From the NCBI GenBank assembly GCA_039794845.1, contig JAUQVK010000025.1, positions 61,197-125,196 on the forward strand: a stretch of 64,000 nt of DNA, read 5' to 3'. Positions 19,003 through 29,600 of this stretch are shown here, in pieces (the first letter of the stretch is position 1; the number at the start of each line of letters is the position of its first letter). Under the pieces are notes generated by a model that searched no databases, was not told the DNA's origin, and worked only from the letters and a program-made list of their open reading frames with translations. This stretch comes from Thermostichus sp. DRC_bins_24 (GTDB lineage Bacteria; Cyanobacteriota; Cyanobacteriia; Thermostichales; Thermostichaceae). Made by a program: the position numbers and the translations under genes.

Positions 19003-19981
19003 GACCACCAAATCTACCGACCGTATGCTGCTGGATTTTGAGCAGCCTGTCGCCGCCCTAGAGCAACGCATTGAGGAGATTCGCTCTTTGGCCGAAGATA
19101 ACGAAATTGAAGCCTCCGAGCAAATTCGCCAGCTGGAGGCCAAAGCCGAAGAACTGCGCCGTGAGATCTTCCGTCATCTCACCCCCGTAGAGCGCCTACA
19201 GGTGGCCCGTCACCCCCGTCGGCCCAGTACCCTCGACTACGTGCAAACCATTTGCGACGATTGGTTTGAGCTGCATGGGGATCGACATGGCCAGGATGAT
19301 CCGGCCATTGTCGGCGGTCTGGCCAAGCTGGAGGATCAGCCGGTTATGATCCTGGGACATCAAAAGGGTCGGGACACCAAAGACAACATTCATCGCAACT
19401 TTGGAATGCCCAACCCCGCCGGCTACCGCAAAGCCCTGCGGCTGATGGAACATGCCCACCGTTTTGGTCTGCCCCTGCTCACTTTTATCGATACGCCAGG
19501 GGCCTACCCCGGCCTCAAGGCCGAAGCAGAAGGACAAGGAGAAGCAATTGCCACCAATTTACAAGCTCTCTTCCGCTTCGAGATCCCGATCATCTGCACC
19601 ATCATCGGCGAGGGTGGCTCCGGGGGAGCATTGGCCATTGGCATTGGCGACCGGGTGTTGATGTTTGAACACGCCGTTTATTCGGTGATCTCACCGGAGG
19701 GGTGTGCGGCTATTCTCTGGAAAGATGCCAAAAAAGCCCCACAAGCAGCGGCTGCCCTGCGCATTACCGCCCAGGATCTGCTGCAACTGGAGGTGATCGA
19801 CGAAATCTTGCCAGAGCCGGCGGGGGGCGCCCATCGTGCCCCGGTAGAAGCAGCCCAAACCCTGAAACAAGCCCTTCTCCGCCATCTGGAGGATCTTTCA
19901 ACCTTGAGTGGACGACAATTGCGGGAAGAACGCTACCAAAAGTTTCGCCGCATGGGATCCTTTCTGGAACTACCTCAGTAG
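19001..19981 (+). CDS. accA: Acetyl-CoA carboxylase carboxyltransferase alpha subunit
   Basis: [32 protein letters not shown] and [10 protein letters not shown]. Confidence 0.97.
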   Translation: MTTKSTDRMLLDFEQPVAALEQRIEEIRSLAEDNEIEASEQIRQLEAKAEELRREIFRHLTPVERLQVARHPRRPSTLDYVQTICDDWFELHGDRHGQDDPAIVGGLAKLEDQPVMILGHQKGRDTKDNIHRNFGMPNPAGYRKALRLMEHAHRFGLPLLTFIDTPGAYPGLKAEAEGQGEAIATNLQALFRFEIPIICTIIGEGGSGGALAIGIGDRVLMFEHAVYSVISPEGCAAILWKDAKKAPQAAAALRITAQDLLQLEVIDEILPEPAGGAHRAPVEAAQTLKQALLRHLEDLSTLSGRQLREERYQKFRRMGSFLELPQ

Positions 19982-20040
19982 ATAGTAGATATAGGTAGGA
20001 AGCTTGTCGGTGCTGAAGCAGAACGATACCCCTTCTGGAT

Positions 20041-20102
20041 CCCCTCTCCCGCTCTGGGAGAGGGGCTAGGGCTAGCGCCATGCTGCGCGAAGGGGGTGAG
20101 GT
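20041..20102. repeat. REP-like hairpin element CCCCTCTCCC-n5-GGGAGAGGGG...GGGGTGAGG downstream of accA
   Basis: Perfect 10-bp stem (20041-20050 with 20056-20065) and the GGGGTGAGG tail typical of this dispersed repeat class. Confidence 0.6.
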
Positions 20103-20151
20103 CAGGTGTTGCAAACTCAATTCAAAAACTCAATTCAAAAGACTGTATTTT

Positions 20152-20662
20152 CGTAGCGTCTTCCCGACGCTGACGGCTTACGCAGCACGGCGCGGGCTTT
20201 CCAAAAGCCCTTCAGTAGCCCTCCGGCTACCTCGTTCAAGATAACCAGGAGCCTCCAGGCTGTATTACCGACAGCCCAATCGATGTAGGTAACAAAGCCC
20301 GCCTTGACCGCTTTGACCGGGCGATGCTTTTGTTTGGCCACCTTCGGAGGACCGGCGACTCGCCTGCAAACCTGTTGGGCCAAGTTGCTCGACAGGCCAA
20401 AGCGAGCGCAAATCTCGTGGTAGCAAAAGGATTGCAGCTTGAGGGCATTGACCATCTTCTCGGGTGTGTTCTGGTTAACCCAGTTCAATGCCTGCCCAAA
20501 CGCCTCCGGAGTCGGATTGGTTTTGTGGTCTGTGATTCGGATACCTTGAGCTTGCAAGAGATGGTCAGGAGTTGGTTCATCGCCCTCATGTTATTTCATC
20601 CCGTTGCCGGCGGCGCATTCCTCCCGCCCCCCCTCGAAAGGGTAGGATGCGGGGCTCCTGCT
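20152..20662 (-). mobile_element. Internally deleted IS200/IS605-family (tnpB/IS1341-type) element retaining both hairpin ends
   Basis: TnpB N- and C-terminal remnants between imperfect subterminal palindromes at about 20622-20654 and 20163-20196; boundaries approximate. Confidence 0.75.
20236..20580 (-). pseudogene. tnpB: tnpB pseudogene (frameshifted, catalytic region deleted)
   Basis: ATG 20580 gives MNQLLTISCKLKVS; after a frameshift EAFGQALNWVNQNTPEK...RFGLSSNLAQQVCRRVAG...GFVTY; this joins a C-terminal-like IGLSVIQPGGSWLS in another frame. Confidence 0.78.
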
Positions 20663-20780
20663 GCCCTAGCTGACCAAGGCACCAAACGCCAACTGAGCCA
20701 ATGGGAGAGACTATTCAAGGCTGAGGCCAGCCAGTAAAGAAACCAATCAGATCGACTAACGAAATGCTTGCCTGGAATCA

Positions 20781-21272
20781 TCAGGGATCCCCCAACTGGG
20801 CCAATGCCAGCAGATCTTCCCCCGTTACCCGGTTCAAAATCCACTCTGCATGTTGTTTGGCCCCCATCCGTCGATAAAACTCAATCGCCGGTTGATTCCA
20901 ATCCAATACCATCCACTCCAGCCGTCCGTATCCCTTAGCCACAGCCTCTTGCGCCAATCGAACCAACAGCGCTTTGCCAATGCCTCTACCACGAAACTCC
21001 GGCAACACAAACAGGTCTTCTAAGTAAAAGCCTGGGCGGGCGAGGAACGTAGAAAAATTACGAAAATAGAGGGCAAATCCTACAGGGGAGCGGGGGCGTT
21101 CTTCCACTTCAGCCAGCAACACTGCCGCTACGGCCTCAGGGCCAAACAAATACTGCTGCAAATCTGCTGCCGTTCCGCTTACCAAGTGGCTCAGCTTTTC
21201 ATACTCAGCCAACGCACAAATGAGCTCAAAAATGATCGGTACATCAGCTGGGGTAGCGGGTCGAACTTGCAT
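20781..21272 (-). CDS. GNAT N-acetyltransferase (diamine acetyltransferase-like)
   Basis: LAEYEKL, NFSTFLARPGFYLEDLFVLPEFRGRGIG and VLDWNQPAIEFY. Confidence 0.92.
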   Translation of the reverse strand: MQVRPATPADVPIIFELICALAEYEKLSHLVSGTAADLQQYLFGPEAVAAVLLAEVEERPRSPVGFALYFRNFSTFLARPGFYLEDLFVLPEFRGRGIGKALLVRLAQEAVAKGYGRLEWMVLDWNQPAIEFYRRMGAKQHAEWILNRVTGEDLLALAQLGDP

Positions 21273-21300
21273 GGCCAAGATACACCGGAAAGAAATAAAC

Positions 21301-21687
21301 TCATGAGCGCCGACTGGATCGTAGAGCCTTGTGGCGGTTGTTCACTTGCTTCAAAAACAAGGGCAAAAGGTGTGCCTGAATATGGGCAAAGGCAGCCTGT
21401 AATCCTTCCGTTTCGTAAACCAGGCCAATTTCTGCTTCTACCCCAGTGGGATCCCCAAGGGCGGACAAAAACTGATTGGAAGTGAGCCAAGTAAACAGCT
21501 CTGTGCGCCCCAAATCCGAGTGGGGAGGAGGATCCATTTGCCACTCCTGCGGCGAGCCAAGTAACCACTGCCGAGCAAACAAACCCAACACCGCATCCCC
21601 TAGCCAGGCTTTATCTCGACGGGATCCCTCGTCCAATTGGGCCACTTGCTGTTTGTAGGTCAAGGGGGAATTCGATTCTGTAGGCAT
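21301..21687 (-). CDS. Minimal RNase III-domain protein (no dsRBD)
   Basis: AWLGDAVL, TSNQFL and VEAEIG motifs. Confidence 0.65.
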   Translation of the reverse strand: MPTESNSPLTYKQQVAQLDEGSRRDKAWLGDAVLGLFARQWLLGSPQEWQMDPPPHSDLGRTELFTWLTSNQFLSALGDPTGVEAEIGLVYETEGLQAAFAHIQAHLLPLFLKQVNNRHKALRSSRRS

Positions 21688-21746
21688 GGTGAATCGAGAG
21701 TGGTAGAGCTCTTTAGAAGGGATCCCCAACCGAGCTATGTAGGGGG

Positions 21747-23159
21747 TCAGGAGTTGGTAGGGATGTGGGATTGGTACTCCGGCAGGACAAAGTAAAACGT
21801 CGTCCCCGAATCCACTGCTGAATCAAAACCAATTTTGCCGCCGTGCTGTTCGATGATTGCCTTACAAATGCTCAAGCCCAAGCCTGTGCCGCCCCGCATA
21901 CGGGTGGTGGAGCTATCGGCCTGGGCAAACTTTTGGAAGATGCGCTCCTTGAATTCCTCAGGGATCCCTGTGCCTTGATCGATCACAGCAACCCGCACCT
22001 GCCTCTGCTGCTGGCTCACCTGAATCTGCACGACGGATCCCGGCGGAGAAAACTTGCAGGCATTGGAGAGCAAGTTGGTGAGAACCTGCAGCAAGCGATG
22101 GCTGTCTCCCATCACCCAACATTCTGTTGAGCCCGGATCCAGCTGCAGCTCTACCTCATACTGTGTGGCATAGGTGCGATTGTCCTCCATGGCCTGATGC
22201 ACCAGCTCCAACATCTGCTGGGGCTGCATCCGGAACTCCATCCGACCCGCCTCGATCTTCTCGATATCGAGAATGTCATTCACCAAGGCCACTAACCGTT
22301 CCACACTACGGTAAGCAATCTCTGCCAAAGACTTCACTTGGCTTGGCAACTCTCCTACCGCCCCGCCAATGATCAGACCCAAAGCCCCCCGGATGGCCGT
22401 CAAAGGAGTACGCAACTCATGGTTCACCGTCGAGACAAATTCTTTTTTCATCTGATCCATATGCTTGCGTTCGGTGATGTCCTCAATGGTGCTTTCGAAA
22501 TAGAGCAGTTCTCCCTCGCGGTCATACACCGGCTGTACACTTTGGGAAATCCAGGCCAAGCGACCATCTAACCGTTGTACCTGCGCTTCAAACTGAGTAA
22601 TGTGCCCTTCTGCCTGCAGTTGTTTAAGAAAGTCTGTGTAACGGGTTGGATCCGTATGAAAACGCTCCATGCCCTGCTGTAAATCTGCGAGTAACTCCTC
22701 CGGGGATCCATAGCCAAAAATGCGGGCCAGAGCTTGATTGGCGGATAGGTAGCACCCTTGGGGCGAAATCTGGCACATCCCCTCCGGTGCATTCTCAAAA
22801 ATGCTGCGAAAGCGAGCTTCTGAGGCGCGTAGATCCGCTTCTACGGTGTCTCCATGCTCGGTGGTGGTTTGCAGTATTAACTCCAAATCTGATTTGGCCA
22901 ACACCAATTCTTCCGTTTTCTGGATTAAAACGGCCTCGATAGTATCGGCATGTTCGGTGGTGGTTTCCAATAAAATTTCCAGATCCCGTTTTTCTTGGGT
23001 CAGTTGTTGAATCTGTTGCCAATACTCCTCCACCTGAGTGAGCAGTTGCATGCGTTCCTTGCGCTCCAGAGCAAGCTGCTGTTGCAAAAACTCCACTTGC
23101 TTCTGCAAATCGGTTTCTATGCTATTCGGCATTGCGTCAGAAGGTTTTGGAGATGGCAC
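21747..23159 (-). CDS. Soluble PAS sensor histidine kinase with N-terminal coiled-coil repeats
   Basis: FRSIFENA...DITERK PAS domain; HELRTPL H-box; NLLSNACKF, DQGTGI and GGTGLGL. Confidence 0.92.
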   Translation of the reverse strand: MPSPKPSDAMPNSIETDLQKQVEFLQQQLALERKERMQLLTQVEEYWQQIQQLTQEKRDLEILLETTTEHADTIEAVLIQKTEELVLAKSDLELILQTTTEHGDTVEADLRASEARFRSIFENAPEGMCQISPQGCYLSANQALARIFGYGSPEELLADLQQGMERFHTDPTRYTDFLKQLQAEGHITQFEAQVQRLDGRLAWISQSVQPVYDREGELLYFESTIEDITERKHMDQMKKEFVSTVNHELRTPLTAIRGALGLIIGGAVGELPSQVKSLAEIAYRSVERLVALVNDILDIEKIEAGRMEFRMQPQQMLELVHQAMEDNRTYATQYEVELQLDPGSTECWVMGDSHRLLQVLTNLLSNACKFSPPGSVVQIQVSQQQRQVRVAVIDQGTGIPEEFKERIFQKFAQADSSTTRMRGGTGLGLSICKAIIEQHGGKIGFDSAVDSGTTFYFVLPEYQSHIPTNS

Positions 23160-23484
23160 GGGCGCAGGAGCCTCAACCTCTTCATGTTAGCGATTCAAGA
23201 CTCGACTGAGCTATCCGAAAAAAAAGTGGACTGTACGGCCTCTGCACGGATTCTCTACACAGGGATCGGGCTTCCTATTCCCGCTATGCTGCAAGGCGCG
23301 GAGCACCATCCCTACAAGAGGTAGGTCTTAACCTCCACAGTTGTTGTAGGGGGCTAGCGAAGGAGCTGTAACGGGTAGTCCGTGAACTCAGCGGCAAAGC
23401 ACTTCTACCTCATCTTAAGATAGGGGCTGGCCCACCCCCGTCAGGGTTGCGGATTGATTTTGGCATTGCGAGGATCCTAAGAAC

Positions 23485-24156
23485 ATGTTGTTGGAGCTAA
23501 CCCCAGAAGAGTGTGAAGCGGTGATTCCGGTGGTGCCGACGCGCCTCCAGTATGCAGCTTACTGGAGCGATGCTCTCAAGAGTACGGGGCGCATCATCAC
23601 GGCCATTTTGGTGGGGGTAGCGCTGCTGGTGCTTTCTCGTGCTTTCGGGGAGGGATCTTTCCTGGGGGCCATTTGCTTTCTGGCCGGGATCCTCTCGTTG
23701 CTCTATCCCTTTTTGTGGGGGCCGCTCTATGTCATCTCCCGTCGTCAAATCGCCTTTCGAGAGATCCCCTACGGAGGGTTGTTCTTTGGGCAGGTGTTGC
23801 GCACGCGCCGCATCAACGTGGTGGTGGAGGAACGAGAAAAGCTAGACGAGAACGGCGACCTGTACATCGAGGAGGTGCGGGAACGGCAGTTCGAGATGGA
23901 AATGGGGGATGAAACCGGGGTGACCTACCGGCTGCGGGCCAAGGATGACCCCCGTTACGGGCGAATTGTAAAAAAGCAATCGGTGATCGGGCTGGTGAAA
24001 GCCTATTCCCGCGATTTGCAGCGCCGCCCTACCCTGAGCGAGGTATACGTGGTCAAGTTGGGGGAATGGGTGGGAGATGTCTCCTATCTGGATCGGGAGG
24101 CGTTTTTGGACATGGCGGATGAGCTGTTGGAGCTGCATGCCCAGGGGTTGGCTTAA
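23485..24156 (+). CDS. Conserved cyanobacterial membrane protein (two TM segments)
   Basis: IPVVPT..QY..YW, two hydrophobic segments, LWGP, and WVGDVSYL.R..F. Confidence 0.6.
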   Translation: MLLELTPEECEAVIPVVPTRLQYAAYWSDALKSTGRIITAILVGVALLVLSRAFGEGSFLGAICFLAGILSLLYPFLWGPLYVISRRQIAFREIPYGGLFFGQVLRTRRINVVVEEREKLDENGDLYIEEVRERQFEMEMGDETGVTYRLRAKDDPRYGRIVKKQSVIGLVKAYSRDLQRRPTLSEVYVVKLGEWVGDVSYLDREAFLDMADELLELHAQGLA

Positions 24157-24335
24157 GCATAGGCATTGGACTGGTTTTTGAGGATGTCTCGAAACGGCGA
24201 ACCCGGATCCCTTTCAAATCTTGGAGAACTTGGTTCGGCGGCGGATCTGAGGTTAGGCTATTCCCAGCTTGGGGAACCAAGACACATCGATGCCCTGCCC
24301 CAGAACCTATGAGCTGTGTGTGAGGGAAAGCTGAG

Positions 24336-25184
24336 GTGAATTGGAGACTGATCCGCCATTTCTCCGTGTTGCTGTCGGCCTTGACCTTTTGGGGATCCCC
24401 GACCTGGGCTGGGGAGTATTTCACCGAGGAAGTGACCAGCCCGAGCCTGGAGATCATTCACGGTTGGCGACAGGAGGTCTACGGCATCACGATTACCATC
24501 ACCAATACCAGCCTGGGATCCTTTCAGGTGCCGCTGGAGATTGACCTGGATGATCGTGACAGTTGTGAGCGTGCCGATTTGGTGCTGACCAACAACCGCA
24601 CCATGCCGATGGGATCCTTCCAGGAGTGCATTCTCAACATCTTTCCCTTCCTGGATAAGTTCATTAACCAAGAAGTCGCCAGCATTCAGGTCACCCTCAG
24701 GGGGGCAGCCCCCCTCCTAGAGATTCCGGTAGAAGAATCGGATCGGCTGATTTTGGCGCAGGTAGCCAACCAATCGCGGGAAGCGTTTGTTTTCTTTCAG
24801 CAGGAGCTAGCTCGAGTTTTGGAGTTGTTGAAGCAGTCGGATCCCGGCGAGAGTGAGATCGCTCAACAGCCCCCCACCCCAGCACCGACGGCCATGCCAG
24901 CTGAGTCTGGGGCGAACCCTGGTGACTTTGTCATTGTCGGGCAAATTCGGGAAGAACGGGTTGGGGCAGGCAGTCGCCTCAGCGTTGAGGCCATCAACCG
25001 CAGCACTCGCACCGTGTTAAATGCCCAAGCCCGCTTTAGCTTTTATCAAGGAGAAGAGGTGGTGGATACGCGGGTGGCGGGGTTTGAACCCAGCGATGTG
25101 CCGGCTGGAGAACGGGCCTTTGCCAGCGTGTTAAAAACAGAAGCCAATTGGGATCGCGTCACCGTCACCTTTCAGTGGCAGTAG
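24336..25184 (+). CDS. Secreted protein with a C-terminal FxLYD-like domain
   Basis: Signal peptide ending TWA; Pro-rich linker; NRSTRTVLNAQARFSFYQGEEVVD...VPAGERAF. Confidence 0.55.
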   Translation: MNWRLIRHFSVLLSALTFWGSPTWAGEYFTEEVTSPSLEIIHGWRQEVYGITITITNTSLGSFQVPLEIDLDDRDSCERADLVLTNNRTMPMGSFQECILNIFPFLDKFINQEVASIQVTLRGAAPLLEIPVEESDRLILAQVANQSREAFVFFQQELARVLELLKQSDPGESEIAQQPPTPAPTAMPAESGANPGDFVIVGQIREERVGAGSRLSVEAINRSTRTVLNAQARFSFYQGEEVVDTRVAGFEPSDVPAGERAFASVLKTEANWDRVTVTFQWQ

Positions 25185-25269
25185 TGGCCAATGCACGGGA
25201 GCCAAGGGATCCCGATCCGCGAATGGGTGGGATCCCCCTGCCTGTTTTTGTGAAGGGGTGGAATTGGGC

Positions 25270-26490
25270 TTAGGGGGCCAAGGCGTTGCCGCGAATCAGG
25301 CTACCCAGGGTTTTGGCAGTCACTTTCAGCTGTACCCAAGGGTTCATGGGCACCACCGTCTTGTAGAGATAACTGTCAAAGGTCATCTTCTGCACATCCG
25401 GGTCGGCGCACATTTCCACAAAGGCTTCACGGGTGGCGTTGGAACGATAGAAGATCCGTTGCAAAATATCCAGCACTTTGTAGGTCATGCCGTACTGGCG
25501 ATCCCAGCGCTTGAGGTAGAGCTTCAGCTCATTTTCCGTAGGGATCCGTGCCCCATTGTTGGATACCTCCACAATCGTTTCGGCACACATGCGGCCCGAT
25601 TTGGCGGCAAAATAGATGCCTTCCCCGCTGGATTTGGTCACATACCCTGCAGCATCCCCCACCAAAGCCGCCCGACCCACAACACGACGCGGACGCGGAT
25701 GCTCGGGAATCGGATGGGCTTCCACCTTGATCACCTGCCCCCCGCGAATGCGCTCGGCGGCCCGCGCCCGGATCCCTGCTTGCAACTTTTGAATATTGGC
25801 TTGGTTCACCTTCATGGTGCCGGTGCCCACAGCCACATGGTTGGACTTGGGAAACACCCAGGCATAAAAATCGGTGGAAACATCATCCCCCACGTACATT
25901 TCCGCCCGGTCTTCGTAGTAGGCCATTTTGTCGTCGGGGATTTTGATGCGCTCCTGAAAGGCAAGGGCATAGTTGTAGTCGCCGGCATCGATCGCTTCGG
26001 CCACCTTGGAGTGAAAGCCATCGGCCCCAATCACCAAATCCACCGCCAAAGAACGGGGTGACCCCTGCTTGGAACCCTCAGAAAAATCGTTGTAGTGCAA
26101 AAGATAGGGATCCCGTCCATTCTTGGGGATCTCCAAATGCATCACCTTGCCGTTGATCAGCTCCGCCCCTTTTTCGTGGGCACGGTTGCGCAAGAAGCCA
26201 TCGAGGATCTCGCGGCGGCACATGCCGATGTATTCGTCTTCTTTTTCGAGGTAGATATCCACTTCGTAATTGGAAGGGGAGATCATCTTCATCTTGCGCA
26301 CTTTGCGGTCGATGATCTCGGGGGGGAGGTCAAATTCCGACACCATGCAGAGAGGAATGGCACCCCCGCAGGGCTTGGCATTATCCAGCTTACGTTCGAA
26401 CAAGAAGGTTTCAATTCCGGCTCGGGCTAGAACTTCAGCAGCAGAAGCTCCGGCTGGCCCGCCTCCCACGACAGCAACTCTCAGGCTCAA
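25270..26490 (-). CDS. chlP: Geranylgeranyl reductase
   Basis: RVAVVGGGPAG, NAKPCGGAIPLCM, FQERI and AHPIPEHPRP; probable TTG start at 26490 after GAGGAG. Confidence 0.97.
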   Translation of the reverse strand: MSLRVAVVGGGPAGASAAEVLARAGIETFLFERKLDNAKPCGGAIPLCMVSEFDLPPEIIDRKVRKMKMISPSNYEVDIYLEKEDEYIGMCRREILDGFLRNRAHEKGAELINGKVMHLEIPKNGRDPYLLHYNDFSEGSKQGSPRSLAVDLVIGADGFHSKVAEAIDAGDYNYALAFQERIKIPDDKMAYYEDRAEMYVGDDVSTDFYAWVFPKSNHVAVGTGTMKVNQANIQKLQAGIRARAAERIRGGQVIKVEAHPIPEHPRPRRVVGRAALVGDAAGYVTKSSGEGIYFAAKSGRMCAETIVEVSNNGARIPTENELKLYLKRWDRQYGMTYKVLDILQRIFYRSNATREAFVEMCADPDVQKMTFDSYLYKTVVPMNPWVQLKVTAKTLGSLIRGNALAP

Positions 26491-26675
26491 AGCTCTCTCC
26501 TCGATGCAAATGCGATCTGTCCAATTGACAGCAGGCATCCTACCACAGCTCCCCAGAAGCCTTGCGAACCTTGACGAAGTGTTGCAGTTTGGCGGCGAGA
26601 GGGTGAAGTGTTGTGGAAAAACAAGGGGGGATCCCTAAAATATGGGTTTTGCTGCGGGTGCGTTGATTGCGGAGG

Positions 26676-29600
26676 TTAGGGAACCACGCTTAGGGAGGTG
26701 CTGGCGCTTTGTCCGTAGCGGCTGGGATCGTACATTTCCTCGGCTACAGCCGGAGAAACTTGGAATTGCCCCGGAATTTCAGGGCGGAAGAGGTAGACCA
26801 ATTCGTGGCGGCCTTTGCTCAACTCAGTGCTAAAGAAGGCCACCCGATCATCCCGATTTTCTTGGTGGGTCCAAAACCAATCCCACCAATAGTCGGGTAA
26901 GGACTCCGTCCCGCTAACGCGAACAGAGCCGGTGAGCAGGCGGGGATCCTGAGAGGCGATCTCCACACCGCTGGGCAAGGGATCCTCGATCAGCACGTAA
27001 TGGCTATCCCGCTCTGCCTCTACGATCAGCCGACCCAACACCATTTCCCCGGCCTGTACGGAGTCTTGGGGCTGTAGAGGCTGTTCGCGGTAGAGAATTT
27101 GCCCATGGGCTTGGGGCTGGGGTTGCAGACGGAAGTAACGGCGGCTAACGGTGAAGCCCTGGCTTTGGGGCCCTGCAGGGGTGGGGGTAAAGGCGGATCC
27201 CGTCAGGCTGTAGTAGAGAGGGCCCGGCCCCGTTTTTTCCAGGCGCAGGCTGCGCAGATTCTCCACATCGGCATCCGCCAAGGCGATCACCTGGCGGGGA
27301 TCCGGGGTGCTGGGCTGCCAACGACCCACCAGGGATCTGCTTTCGCCGTTGAACACGAAGACTTCTCCAGGGCTGGGGTTTTGCCGGAACTGGGCCTGGT
27401 AGTAGGGAATGAGGCCGAGCAGGGCATCGGCGGTGGCTTTGGTGGTGGACCAGCGGTTGTTTTGCTGTTGGTTAAGGATGGCTGCCGCGATCTCTGCAGC
27501 GCGGGGATCCTGCAACTGGGTGGCCAACTGCAGCAAAGGCCCGGCCACTTCCATGTCATGGTAGCTGGAGCGCTCCTGAGCGGTACGGACATGGGCTTGG
27601 GGAATGAACCAGCGACCTTGGGGATCCGTCTGATGCCGTTGCAGGGCTTGATCCAGGGCAGCCTGGGCCAGAGGGGTTTGCCCCAGTTGGAGGGCAGTTA
27701 GGCCCCGATAGGCGAGCCCAAAGGTGGAGAGCTGCTCCGGTGGAGGGGTTGTCAACAGGGAGGGGCTACTGGGATCCCAGAGGACAAGGCCATGAGCGAC
27801 GAAGGCTTGCATATCCGGGGATAGGGCCTGTGGCTGGGCCAGTTGTTCCGTCAGGTAGGTAAGGCCCCGTTGCACCTGCCAGTCTTTGAGGGTATATCCC
27901 GCAGCTTGGGCAAGGTGATACCCCTGCAGGATGTAGCTGGTGAGGTAAGGGTTGCTCGTGTCGTAGGCCCACCAGCCCCAGCCCCCATCGAAGTTTTGGG
28001 ATCCCTCGAGGCGTTGGAGCCCCGCCTGTAAAACTCTGGGCAGACGCTCCAGGGTTTGAGACCGCAAGCTGAGGCCCAGTTGCTCGCTGGCTAGGTTAAC
28101 CGCAAGGGCGGGCAAAAAGCGGCTCAGGGTTTGCTCGGTGCAGCCGTAGGGAAACTCCACCAGGTAGTCAAGGGGGCCCAGCAGGGCGGCCAGCGGGCTA
28201 GAGGCCAGTTCCAGACGGGCATTGCGGGATCCCGCTACCCAGGTGGAGGGCCAATCCAAGGGCAAGTTCAGGGTGGCTGCATCTTGCAGTTGTCCCGATT
28301 GAGAGAAGCGGTGCACAGCCCCGAAGGGCTGGCTGGGGATCTGCAGTTGCAGGGCATCTTGTAGAGTGCTCCCCTCTGCCCAAACCCGCACGGTGGTGTC
28401 TCCGGCCCCTAAGACCTGGACGGGCCATTCCACCCGCTCTGCCCCCTGGGCTGCCACGGTCAGGCGTTGACGCAGTGGGGCCTGCAGTTGCAGGTTACCC
28501 GGCACGTCCAGCCGCACCTCCACCCCTTGAGCTTGGTCGGTACGGTTTTGCACGATGGCCGCCAAGGTGAGGCGATCGCCCACTTGGAAAAAGCGGGGGG
28601 TGGCGAGACGAACCAACAGATCTTTGCTGACCAAGACGCTGCTGAGGGCGGATCCCACTTGGGTGTCGGCGGTGGCGGCGCGGGCGGTGAGGCGCCAGGT
28701 GGTGAGGTTGTCGGGCCAGCGCACCTGCACTTGGGCCAAGCCGTTGGCATCTGTGAGCACGTTCGGGAACCAAGCGGCTGTATCTTGAAAATCTTCCCGG
28801 ATTTGGTTGGCCAGTTTATCGGCCCCGCCAGGGTACTGCTGCGGAAATGAAGTGGTGGTGGTGACTTGGTTGTAGATGCGTCCGTAAAAAAAGCGGCGAA
28901 TATCCGGGGTGCGATCCGGCCTAAGGAGGTAAATGGCGCTGTCGACAATGCCCAAACCGACTTCAGCGCTGACGGGTTGGCCTTGGGCATCGCGGGTGCG
29001 GATTTGAATTTGGGCGGTTTCTCCGGGTTGATAGTTGGGTTTGTCCGTTTGCAGCTCCACCTGCAAGAAGCGATCCAACGGTGAAACTCGCAGCAGGGTT
29101 TCGTTTTGGTACAGTCGCCGCTCGGGGCCGATGACGGTGGCGGTGGCGTAGATGTTGGGGCGATAGTCGCCTGTGATCGGCAGGGTGAGGGTGGCGGTAT
29201 GCCCCTGCAAGGGCAGCACCTGCACCTGATGCAGCCGGGATCCCTCAATGCCCACCAACACCGACACATCCGGCACCGGCGAGATGATCAACAGTTGGGC
29301 CTCTTCCCCCACTTGATACACTTGCCGATCCGGGATTACCTCCAGGCTTTGGGTGGATCCCCAACTCTGTAAAGGGCTGCCCGGTTGCACCACCCAGAGA
29401 TAGGCGATATCCTGCACTCGCCGCCGTTGGGGATCCCGGGCGGTCAGTCGTACCCGATAGTCTCCCGGCTCCAAGTCGGCGGGCAAGTTAACCGTGACGC
29501 TACCCTCTCCGTCGGCAATGCGAAAAGATTGTCTCAACAGGGTGCTCTGCTGTTGGTAGGTATTGCTGCGGGGATCCCAGCGCCAGCGCTCCAGGCTCAA

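Noticed and set aside
20665..20737. Short coding-like tail (KRQLSQWERLFKAEASQ-stop) beside the IS left end
   Set aside because: Too short to assign. It may be a gene remnant, but the sequence alone cannot support that.
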